Under the pieces are notes generated by a model. That model was not told where the DNA came from, made no database searches, and saw nothing but the letters and a program-made list of their open reading frames with translations. A program made the translations under genes and the position numbers. This document shows positions 41,901-52,168 of a stretch of 64,000 bases of DNA, one piece after another. How positions within the stretch are numbered: the stretch's first letter is position 1; each line of letters opens with the position of its first letter. Where the stretch lies: contig NMRA01000193.1 in the NCBI GenBank assembly GCA_002633005.1, forward strand, positions 240,032 to 304,031. The letters run 5' to 3'. The stretch is from Phoronis australis (lineage: Eukaryota; Animalia; Phoronida).

Positions 41901-44900
41901 TAGATGGACGCAATTAATAATAAACATTTGTTTATACAACATGTTCCTTGAGACAATTAAGTATGCCTGGATCTGTTTTAAAATATAGTGCAACAAGGAA
42001 TTCACCTCATTGTGATACAAGTAAAACCTGATTTTTTGTTATTTCATCCTTCTGGTAAATCTTATATTACCTAAATTACCTTAATTGGTTTAACTTATGT
42101 CACAATCAAGTTCAAACTAAAATATAAACACATTAATTAACAAAGTAACCTTTAGCTATGATCAAATTAAAAATGATGATAAAACTTTCAGCAATTGTTC
42201 TTTGAAAATTTAGCAAGATGTCCGATTTCCTTTAATTACAGAGACGATTTGTTACATAATTAATTATAAATATTTTGACAAAGACATTTAAAAATGAATT
42301 TCTGTAAAAGGTTAAACAATCTAGAGTTGACTTAATGCATATTCATACTAGTTTGACAGTTTTTCTCAGCTAGAGAAAACAAGTAGACTTAATTTCCTTT
42401 GAAAATATATATGCTCTATTAATTATGATAATTACCATCTTAAGTGTCAGGAAAATTACTTTTATGCTTTTAACTTGTTTTTAGAAGTTATCAACATTAA
42501 TTTGAAATCAAAATAAAGTATCCTGCTTATCACCTAAAACAGCAATGAAGCAGATATTTTTTGTCAAGTCATTTCAAAAAAAATTACCTACGTGACCTTT
42601 GACCTTGATTTGACCTTGACCTTGACCCCAAATTTCGGGCAACCGACCCCCATGAGATTCAGCGTGTCCCAAAGTATCTGTGTACCAACTTTGGTGTAAA
42701 TGTTTTGGGGTTTTTGGCTGCTAAGGGACCGGACTATTTCTAATAAAGATAGGATCACACTCAGTGGATGGAGAAACTTACCTTTTCGTTTGCAAATAAC
42801 CTGTAGCGGGATTTCTGGAGATCCCGGTGGGATATCACTGGTGCTAATGTGGAAACTGAAGGTACTGGGCCAGTCACACTTGCAGGCAAAAACACTGTCT
42901 CTTGTCCATTCGTCAAACCTAGCTCTTGCGTTTCCCTCGTGGTCAGTGCAAGCTGCAAAGGAAAGTTGTTTAACTTGAACCTTTACTCCGTTCCATTTAC
43001 AGCTTAAATGTGAAATAAACGAATATGCTAATTAGGTCTGTGTAACTGAACAAAGTTACCGTTTACAGGCAAGACAATGTGCCAGGTGTGAAAATGTGCC
43101 TATTTTCATATTTAGACGCATGCGTCTATATGTGGAACACTAGAGAGAAAAGTAAAAGGCAACTTTCTAAAAAGCAAGTGAGTAAATCTTCTCTAACATA
43201 TCCGTTACAAAACGATAGTTGTTGACGCGGTTTCGATTGATGTTTTTAATGAAAAGTACAATGAATGGACAAGAAACTCTAAAAATACTCAATGCGTACA
43301 AGGGATTGCCACTCGCGGATACAAATGAAGCATGCGCTGATATCTGAAACATCAGCAAATATTGAAACGTATAACTTCGGATACTGGCCTCAGTCAAGCT
43401 AATAGGTACTTTTAATTTAAAATTCGGCTGAATCTCGTTGTTCATGTTTCAGTTTTGAAATATCGAGTTTTAAAAACCCCGATATGGAGTCTGACTTCAA
43501 AAGTATATTCGAAAAATGGCACATTTTAGTTTTCAACTTCAAGTACCCCCACAAGTACCTCCAAAAGAAAGCGAGAGCATACTTTCGGAAACGAATCCCT
43601 CTAAACGGTTGTACAGTTGACAGTCTAGTGACTGAGCGTAGCAACTTCAACATCTTTTTCTCAAAGGTATGCTGAATCCTACTTTAGTATGAACAGGTAT
43701 TTTATTAAAACTATGACTATTTCAAACCCTATGAACAAACTGATGCCCTGTAACCCTAGCAAATCCTCAAAAGTTCGGAGCAAGCTTGAAAATTCCCAAT
43801 AAAGTGTACTAAATCGACAAGGGCGACTAGCGCTTTAAGCGAGTTAATAGATTGATCTGGGGAAACTACGTCCACTTCGGAACTCAGAATCCAGTTTTTG
43901 ACGAAATGTTTAGGTGTTTATTAAATGATACCAAGGGAAAAGAACTAATGTAGAACGAGACTGAATAAAATGGTTAAATCTAGAGGTTTGGATTAAAGGT
44001 AAACGTCACCTTCGACAGTCACATCCACACAGTACGCTACTCGCCATATGAAAGTATGAAGTCTTGTGGACAATAGTTTTAAGACTAAATGAAGTTCACT
44101 TCCCCCGTAGTCAAAATGTATCATGGTACTGAACACAACTTACTTTCTGGACAGCTTGTAAACTCGTAGCAAGACTTCTCTACGTTGTAATTGTATGTGC
44201 AGGAGCTGTACCAGTTCAGAAGGTCTGGTTGCATGAAGACACATCTGAAACATAATCAAGTAAATCTTTTGTTATTCCTCAACAAAAGCGAGGGCGGGAC
44301 AAATTAATTCTTAACGGCGCAAATCAATTAGTAGAAAGGACACTAAATTATTCACGGGCATAATTTACGCACATAAGTAATAAATTTATGGTCGTTAAAA
44401 GATATTTTGCGCAGAAACTAATTTACGCCGTTTTATAGTTAAATTGTGCTTCAAATAATTGCATCACGCCGTTAGAATTTTTTTGTGACGTAAATAAGTA
44501 ATATAAGCAGTAAAGAATTAATTTACGCCGTTCAAAGTTAATCTACGCCAAAAATATGTCATTAACAAGGATTAGTTTACGCACTTAACTTACGCGCGTA
44601 ATGTTAAATATGTCAGTGTGGCCAACCTTGTGTCTAAAAGGGAAGCTTGGACATAAGCCAATACCTGAAACATTTGAGCAAAAGTGTTTGGTTGAAAAAG
44701 CAACAAATTTTTATATATGGACCAGTGTACACGGCTAAACGAAAAATATTTCTGAGTTTCCAAATGATGTCTTCGTTCAACAATCTGGTTGGTTTAAAAA
44801 CAGACTGTACGCTCCTATATTCTTGCACAGAAAATGTAAATGAAATGCTTTGCCATGTGTTCTTTATTTCCAAATGAGAAATAAAACCATCGACAAAGGA

Positions 44901-47355
44901 AATACTTCTACCTGCAAAGTAGCATACACAGACTGAAATCAAAATCCGGTTGAAGTTTCGCGCGGCGAAACCCCCTCTCGCGCTACTAATTAAAATGGAA
45001 CAGTAAACAATAACCCCAGTTAAACCAAGATTCTTGAAGTTTGGTGCGTCACACAATCTGGCTTGAATTACTAATTTGTTTCCAACTCAGCGCGCATTTC
45101 AGAAACGGTCCACAAATGCACCCATTTCCTGCTCTACTACAGCATAATTCGGTTAATGGCATTTCAGACCAGAGCTCCATACTCTGGACACAGGCTTGAC
45201 ATTCCAATAGAAACATCGTCACGAACGTTGAGCAAGTGAAAACTGATTGAACCTCTGCAACCGCTAGCTCACTATTTTCTAAGCGCATTTCAACCACTGA
45301 TTATATTTTACAGGTGCAATAAACCTATGGTTTTTGTCAAAAACAACTTCTGATTACTTGACTCGGTCTCATCTTGATCCATTAATACGCAGATGGAAAT
45401 ACCTTTGCTAAGTTAATATGACCTGATAGCTCGTCATGCCTTCACCCAGGCTCGTTAAAGTACAAGTCCCGAGGTCAATGTTGATAAAATAAGCAGTTCG
45501 TTACATTTTTTTATTAATTCATAATGCCAACAAGAAGCCCACTCCAGCCTGTCACCCCTTATTTGCATTTCTTACTCAAATGCTCTCAGTACTGAAGTTG
45601 GAAAGGTCACCCCGATGAGTTTGACATCATAAGCAGTGCATCGCCAATGAATGATCGGGAAATCCTCCACTATGAAATGTAAAACAAAAATGACGTTTCG
45701 ATATCATAGTTAAATGTCATCCTCAGGTACACATTGCTAGAAATTTGTAACATTCTTGATCTGTTAGGTGACGCTTAGCGCCATGACACATTCTCATCCT
45801 ATCCAATCATAACACTGCTTGATAGGTCAAAGGTCAAGAAGCTTGGACCCCAGTAACTGAGCCCGAACTCCCCAGTGTTGTCTCCTGAGCAATATTGGTC
45901 AAGATTACAATAAGTCATCACGAATTGGACACAGGAATTCACACAGTCTACAACAGTATGAGAGTGGTAACTGGGTCACCGGGGTCATGACACAGCTGTC
46001 TGTTAACATGACTGTACACAGAACTAAAACAATTGCACTGTTGACCGTTCGGCGCAGCGGCCCATGAGTGAATACGTCGCGGCTTACATTGTCGCGGGCT
46101 GCCAAAGCGCTTTTTATCAATCTTCAGATGTTTGCCAAAACATATATGTGCTCGGAATCCATTCCTACGTAACATTAAAAATAAAACGAAGGTCAACGTA
46201 GTTATTAAACCCTAAGACGGTACTAACGCATTTACTATTCACTAATTAGTGTCTGATCAGGCAACAAAATGTGACACAGAAGCGATTGTGTTCACCTTTT
46301 TACGATCCCCTACCCAGAATAACAATTGCAAAGCATTCAATCATCGAACAAAAAACTGATATTTTCACGGATATAATTTGTGGATCTCAAAAAACCGACT
46401 TTTTGAAGATAAACCTTAAAATCCTCTACTTAGAGGCTAACAATATATATTTCTGGAAAAATTCCCCACATTTTCCAATTTCCAAAGTATTCATCAGATC
46501 ATCCCGATGGGAAAATGGACACAACATTTTTTCTTCTCGATTTTGAACTAATCTCTCTTCAACAGGGTGCAAATTCCAATGCACACTTCTTCTTATACCA
46601 CTGCAAGTGGGTCCATTTTCTGAGCACAAGATACGTGGAAAAAATCTGGAATAATAGCATGAAAATGTAATCAGCAACCTCAGTACTCTTGGTCATTAAA
46701 TAGGCTTTCCGCAAATCCGATGGCGAAGTGAACTCCATCACAAACTTGAATTAAAAATGAGTTGTGCGCTCAAAAATTGGCTTCCGGACGATCATTAACA
46801 TATGGTCTGAACGGGGTACATTTCAAACTTTAAGAGACGTGGAAAATTTTTCACCAGTAACGCTGATATTTGGCAATAACACTCTCTGCGACAGGCTATA
46901 TTGTGTAGTTATCTCCCTTCATTTTTAAATTACTAATATTCCGTTACCGTGTATTTCCTTGCTGGCAAGATTTAACGCATGCGCAATAGTGTATGTTACA
47001 AATTTCTGGAAAGAAAACATATCTTATTTTCTGTCTGACTGTTGATCCTGAGGATGATATTTGACTAATATCGAAACGTCGCCGTCATGCTGCACTATTG
47101 CTTCGTTTTCGTTATCCATTTCTTACTTTTTATGTCGCCAAAAACTAATCTTATGAATACTCCAATGCTTATATCATTGGCGTCTGTATTGTTGATTGAC
47201 TTGAAACTTTCAGATAAAGTGCTTTGTTCACCAAGACGCTGTGAGAATTGTATTTAAAATGGTTTACTTTTGCATAAAAAATGCACGACTTACGGTTTAT
47301 AAGCTTGTACCATAGCTCGACTCGCTAGAAGTAGAGCTGCTCCAATCCACAGCAT
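35910..47355 (-). CDS. Uncharacterised secreted cysteine-rich protein, copy A (175 aa; signal peptide plus three 4-Cys modules, two FN1/half-VWC-like)
   Basis: Exons 47294-47355, 44144-44244, 42782-42952 and 35910-36103 (GT-AG, phases 2,1,1) give MLWIGAALLLASRAMVQAYKPCVFMQPDLLNWYSSCTYNYNVEKSCYEFTSCPETCTDHEGNARARFDEWTRDSVFACKCDWPSTFSFHISTSDIPPGSPEIPLQVICKRKGCLRSDSRHMEFGETFHMRNRGSMERCECVNQPHPLIADDTPPSHIRCRPLSPDEMPSRARGSL*. TATA box upstream, AATAAA downstream, frame preserved in the paralogue. Confidence 0.85.
36404..36570. mobile_element. Truncated copy of the 6952-7198 MITE family
   Basis: Near-identical to 6952-7110; absent in unit B. Confidence 0.75.
38217..42736 (-). mobile_element. Academ-type DNA transposon (degenerate) in intron 3 of copy A
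   Basis: TAGTCC...GGACTA termini, ~130-bp imperfect TIRs, TTT TSD with a single TTT at the empty site in unit B (~54333); broken transposase inside. Confidence 0.85.
38960..41256 (-). pseudogene. Fragmented Academ transposase with XPG-like nuclease motifs
   Basis: Frameshifted pieces: SFLQASHLTRTRHALQVT, FFTLDLQNYARWVSLHIQD, VFDGPAIVH, TIDTDVVVVL, ALPMFHALTGLDTTSEFNGKGNKTVW, WTPYWIDMPEISKA; multiple stops. Confidence 0.8.
47048..47080 (+). ncRNA. Minimal hammerhead-ribozyme-like motif (Penelope-type), probably degenerate
   Basis: CTGAGGA-T-GATATT-tgact-AATATC-GAAAC-GTC: core, 6-bp stem II and minimal helix III; stem I weak. Homologues at 45692-45726 (-), 58178-58212 (-) and 59426-59458 (+). 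Confidence 0.5.
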
Positions 47356-47441
47356 TGTGACGGCGACAAAACAGGCTAAGGACAAGAACAGGATCCACCG
47401 CAAAAATACGGCTGTAACTGTGTAATGTTGGAAGCCTTTCT

Positions 47442-47449
47442 TTTATATA
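47442..47449 (-). promoter_or_regulatory. TATA box of Cys-rich gene copy A
   Basis: TATATAAA about 87 nt upstream of the ATG, at the same position as in copy B. Confidence 0.7.
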
Positions 47450-48739
47450 CAACCCTGGGAATCACTTAAGAAGAAACACAAGTATGACATAGGTTACTGG
47501 GGCATATTTTGCCGCCACGTACGTCACAGCTATACGACTATTTGGAAGCGGTAACACCAGAAGATTTCTAAATAATTATAAACATCCTTAAACTTTTTTG
47601 ATGACTTTAATAACGTAATAGCCGACTTCGCAACATATTTTACATCTTAGTTTTGTTGTTTCGCCAATGCCTCCTGGAACTTGGTAAGAATTTTCACAGA
47701 ATTAATAATATCATTGCCCTCAAATTTGTCCAAACCATGGTGCACCGCTAGTGTTCAAGTGAAACGCCAGAAGAACAATCAGTTCTGTATGGCCGCTTTG
47801 GAAGTTCGGGGCATTTTCGTAAGGGGGACAAAAGTTCTTCATTTTTTGCAGCACGCGCCTGAAATCTGGCAGTAGGCCTATATAAACAGCCCAGGGAGAA
47901 TCCGAGAAAGCTTGGCATGCACAGACTTCCAAAGGAAACTAAAAACAGCTTTTAGAGTACTGTTTTCCCGATACCGCTTTCATGCTCAGTTAAAATGCGC
48001 AATTGGAGAATATAGTAGAAAAATCGAAACTGACGATATTGCAAAATTATTGGAATAGAACTGTTCAAGCAAAGCAGCAGAATTGCACTTAACGTTCGCT
48101 GGACTGGCGAAGCCGACGGTAGGGCCCTACCGATTTGAGAAACAAAGCCGCAGTATTCACGCATCGGTGGCCTAATTGCATAGCCAAGCTCTATTTTCTT
48201 GTTATTAAAAGAAATTTTCAAAAAAATCGGGTTCTTGATAGGGTTGTAACTGAAAGTACATTTTTTCGCTATTCTGTTGAGTAACATTTCGATTCGATAC
48301 TTCGATTCTATTGCCAAAACGCACGAACAAGTTCATGCATTGATGGTATGACGTCATGACCAAATAGCAAATTCTTCATTTACTCGTTATGTTACAAGAG
48401 AAAATTGCGTTTTATTGATGAGTCTTAATGGAACACACAGCAAAAATCAGGTTATCCATAGAACAATACAACAATACACTTTGCTCGCTCGCGTATCGCC
48501 ATTAAATTTCGGGCCAGGAAATTGTTTACGCATAAATCAGGAGGTTGAAAATTACAACACACCGATTAATCCTCTGACGATATTAAAGAGTAGCGTGCCG
48601 ATTTCACAAGAAATCAATAAGAATAGTGATGATTGGTTTGAACTTTAATGCAAAACTTTTTTATATTCATAATATCTTACGCTCTTGGTCCAGAACACAC
48701 CTCAGTTTTCTGGGGAAAATTTGACAGGATACTGACCCT

Positions 48740-49262
48740 TCCTTAATGGCATAACACAAACTGTTCAGATTGGAGGAAAACCAATATTTTACCCTACTTG
48801 GCATAAAAAGGGTGTGAGATTCTTAGGTGATTTATTTAACGAAAATTAAAACGGAAATTTCTTGTCATACAACAGTTTTGCAGACAATTTTGGTTTTAAA
48901 CCCTTTTTTAAACTTTATTACGGACTGAAAAATTGCTTGAAATTAACTTTCAAAAGTATATCGTTTTCAAGTGTTAAAGTGTCTCAACCAGTTATCCCAC
49001 AACTTTGGCAAATTTTGGCACAAAATTTGAAATATACTCGTGATATATATGATATTTTTCTGACAACTTTGTTTCGAAAAACCAAAAGGACTAGAAATAT
49101 GGGAAAATACTTTTGGTTTTGCAAGACCAATGACCGAATGGAAGTTATGTTTTCAAACTTCTGTTTTTTGTACTTCAAATGTTAGACTCAGATGGTTTCA
49201 AATGAGAATTGTTCAGGAAATTTTGGCAACAAACAACTTCTTGATGCAAATTAATATTTCTG
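48740..49262 (+). mobile_element. L1/Tx1-type LINE ORF2 C-terminal fragment
   Basis: Degenerate translation QIGGKPIFYPTWHKKGVRFLGDLF...GNFLSYNSF...YYGL and EWKLCF...NVRLRWFQMRIVQEILATNNFL, typical of the post-RT region of L1/Tx1. Confidence 0.7.
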
Positions 49263-49266
49263 TTAC

Positions 49267-49556
49267 CAGTGGCGGATCTAGGATATCACAAGGGAGGGGC
49301 AACATTTTGTCTGAAAACATTTATGCAAAGCACGATTAGATTCGCATAGCACCAAATGGGGGAGGTCGGGAGGGGGGTTCGCCCCCCTCCAGCCCAGGAA
49401 ATTTTTTTCTGGTTTTTTCTCTAAAAATCAAGCATTTTCCTTGATTGCTGAAGTATTATCCAAGAAAAAAAGGCAATGAAAAAGAAAAAAAAGACACGGA
49501 GAATGTGTCAAACATGAAAAACTGCAAAAATCACAGTGTCGAACTCACGACTTGGC
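49267..49556 (+). mobile_element. MITE fragment (CAGTGGCGGATCTAGG terminus)
   Basis: The start matches 20244; the 3' part is the reverse complement of 34893-35035. Confidence 0.65.
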
Positions 49557-52068
49557 GGATAGAGAGCGCGTGCTCTTCCACTGCACCACCACCGACGATT
49601 TCTCTCCTAACTTAATAATAAGAGACCTACTTGTTTATGGTCCATGGTGTTTGCGCGCGAAACCTACTTCTTTTTGTAATGCTTATTACACTTTTTATAT
49701 TTTGTGCAATCGGTTCTTAACAAATTTGCTGTATTAAAAATAGTCTTCAAATGCCCAAAAGACCAAATCCGTTTTTCGTGTTGGCAATAATGAAGGGATT
49801 GCTTTGAAAATCGTCTTAAGTTAAGGTTTGACAAAGAGAGAATTATGAGTTTCTGAGTGATTCACCAAGGCTTCGATTAAAATTCACATCTTACCAGCAG
49901 CTTCTGTTTTTTCATCGTCACTCACGTTCCATTTTCTTTAAAAAATGAAGTTTAAATTTTCTTCATTGCACAGTGGAGCAGACGACGGAAACGGAGTCGT
50001 AGTGCGCAGAGCCACTACCGGTCGCCTGGGATATCGCGGGAGAGCCAAAACTTAGCCATAGTTCCGTTACGAATTTGACACTTGAAACTGGATTTGAGCC
50101 CCATGAATATCTTTTTGAAAAAATGCTCATGCGGGCCATAGTGCCGAGTGCCGTAGCTAGAGTTCGGTGGCGAGCGGCATCAACGTTGACATACCTGGCA
50201 GTGGGGAGTATCATTATCTTTTGACCCGGGCACCTGTAATCCTTCCTACACCACCGAGTCAATTTCTGCCGCAATCTTGACGCCGGAGTTTAACTCCTTT
50301 TCAATTTTCTTTTGATCAATTTATTGAAAATATCCAGGCTAACTTGATTTATACCAGTTTGAACTCATTAGCTTTGCTTGTTGTATCTAATAAGCCAAGA
50401 ATGTGGTTGTCTTTAAATAGTTCAATGTGTTCTTGTTTGGTGCCAAACGTTGGTTGCATGACACATGTTCACTAACGCAGTACATAGACTGAGAAATCAG
50501 CAATTATTTATTGACTTTCTGTACTTTGTTTTATGTTTTAATTTGTAGTTCCTGACATTGTTATGTCTCAGAATAAAAAAATTAAGGAAGACGACGTTTA
50601 ACACCAAACCTACCATACTTACATTATAGGGCTAATTCAATCAACACTAAGTTAATTATTTTTAATATATTTCTCTCCGAAAAAGTTAATAACAACTGAT
50701 TTGCAAAGATTTCATATAAGAATTATTATGTCTTCTTTTACGCCCTTATGTTGGCCACATCACTTGAATGAAAAAAATCTCCGATTGTAAAAAAATGTCT
50801 GCTTATAGTAGCAGGAACCGAATCTCGACTTTGTGGAGACCATTGGGAACTCTGCCACAACCCAAAACAAAGGTGTCTTCAGATGGTAAAATCCTACACC
50901 TCACAGGCAACATGAACATGGCTATAATATTGTCTCTCCTGTTGTCACTATCGAGGTGAGATGAGAGCTGCGTTACAAAACATCATCAATGAACCTCAGC
51001 GACAGATAACTTCAGGTACCTGTACCTTCTTAACAATTCAATTATTATCTAAGGCGCATTTTTGTTTTTGTACAAATGGAAACCAAAGTTGAACCGGAAT
51101 AAGTTAAGTTCTCTACTTCCGGAGATGTGTAGGCAGCCCTTGTTACCAGGGATGAAACTAATGCTTTCACATTTGGAAGGTAGAGAATGACATTGTACTG
51201 AAAAGTCTCTCACCACAGTAACGGATCTACGATTTTGGCGATAGGGGGTTTACTAATTCTGCCTAAGTACACGACATTCGCAGTACCCTAAAATAACATC
51301 TTTTTGGTCTCATAGAGCCACCCCCTCCTACGAACACGAACAAAAAACACTGTCGGCATGCCGTTTTTAGGGCTTACGCGGCCTTTTTTGCTCCAAAAGT
51401 TGAGGTTAAGGCTCCCCTTGGGGCATCTTCGATCCGCCAGAGGGTTATGCCAATTGAACTCTCGCAGATCTGCCATTGTCCCTCGCCATCCATTCACCAC
51501 TAACTAAACCTTCACATGCTCTCTAGACAGTTCCTTCCGGTTGCCAATTACACTACAAGGCATAACCAATCGGACAAAATAATGTTTCCCGCCATGGCGG
51601 TTACTTCTGTAAACAGCAAAATACGGGTAGTATTTATTAGGCAGATAATTACGGTATGACTTAGCCACCTGTTAATGCTCCTTCGTTCTCGGTCACGAGG
51701 GAAGAGACTAGAGTGACGATGAATTCGGCTTCCGCCCAGATGTCGTGGCGTTGCTTTGTCCCAACACTTGTGCTGTATCAGTATTGAAGTATATATCTCT
51801 CTCCCTCAACTGCCCTGTCGCCACCACCAATTCCTACTCTAACAACCCCGGTCGCCACCCAATCAGTCTCCCCTCGGTCGACAGCTGCCCTACAAAAACT
51901 TGTCCTATGTCACTTCGCCAACAATTTTGAGCGTGCAGGTAACATGTTTGCCAGGCAACATACCAATTTGTCCTGCACTAAATTGACCACTGGTCCACCT
52001 AATGTGACAATTACAAGGTTTCGCACCCGCTTGCAACAAAATAAATCCAATTTTTTAGTTTAAATCAG

Positions 52069-52074
52069 TTTATT
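52069..52074 (-). terminator. Polyadenylation signal, copy B
   Basis: AATAAA about 95 nt after the stop codon, conserved in copy A. Confidence 0.6.
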
Positions 52075-52168
52075 GATTTACGAGCTATAGACAAGCAAAA
52101 AGATCATTCAAGATTTTCTTAATCTCATCAGTGTTTTTCTAATTTAACACCGCAGCGCAACACCAGCA

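Larger units (their letters stand above)
35033..48488. repeat. Tandem segmental duplication, unit A
   Basis: Colinear similarity to ~51395-63214 from AAAAGTTGAGGTTAAGGCTCCC to ACAATACACTTTG, covering introns and flanks. Confidence 0.93.

Noticed and set aside
45049-45297. Cys-rich ORF in intron 1 of copy A
   Set aside because: The homologous region in B has frame-breaking indels and MITE insertions, and there are no conserved splice sites.
49690-49900. Short minus-strand peptide LVFWAFED reminiscent of CEBPZ/Mak21
   Set aside because: The similarity is limited to a few residues amid stops, with no other matching exon.
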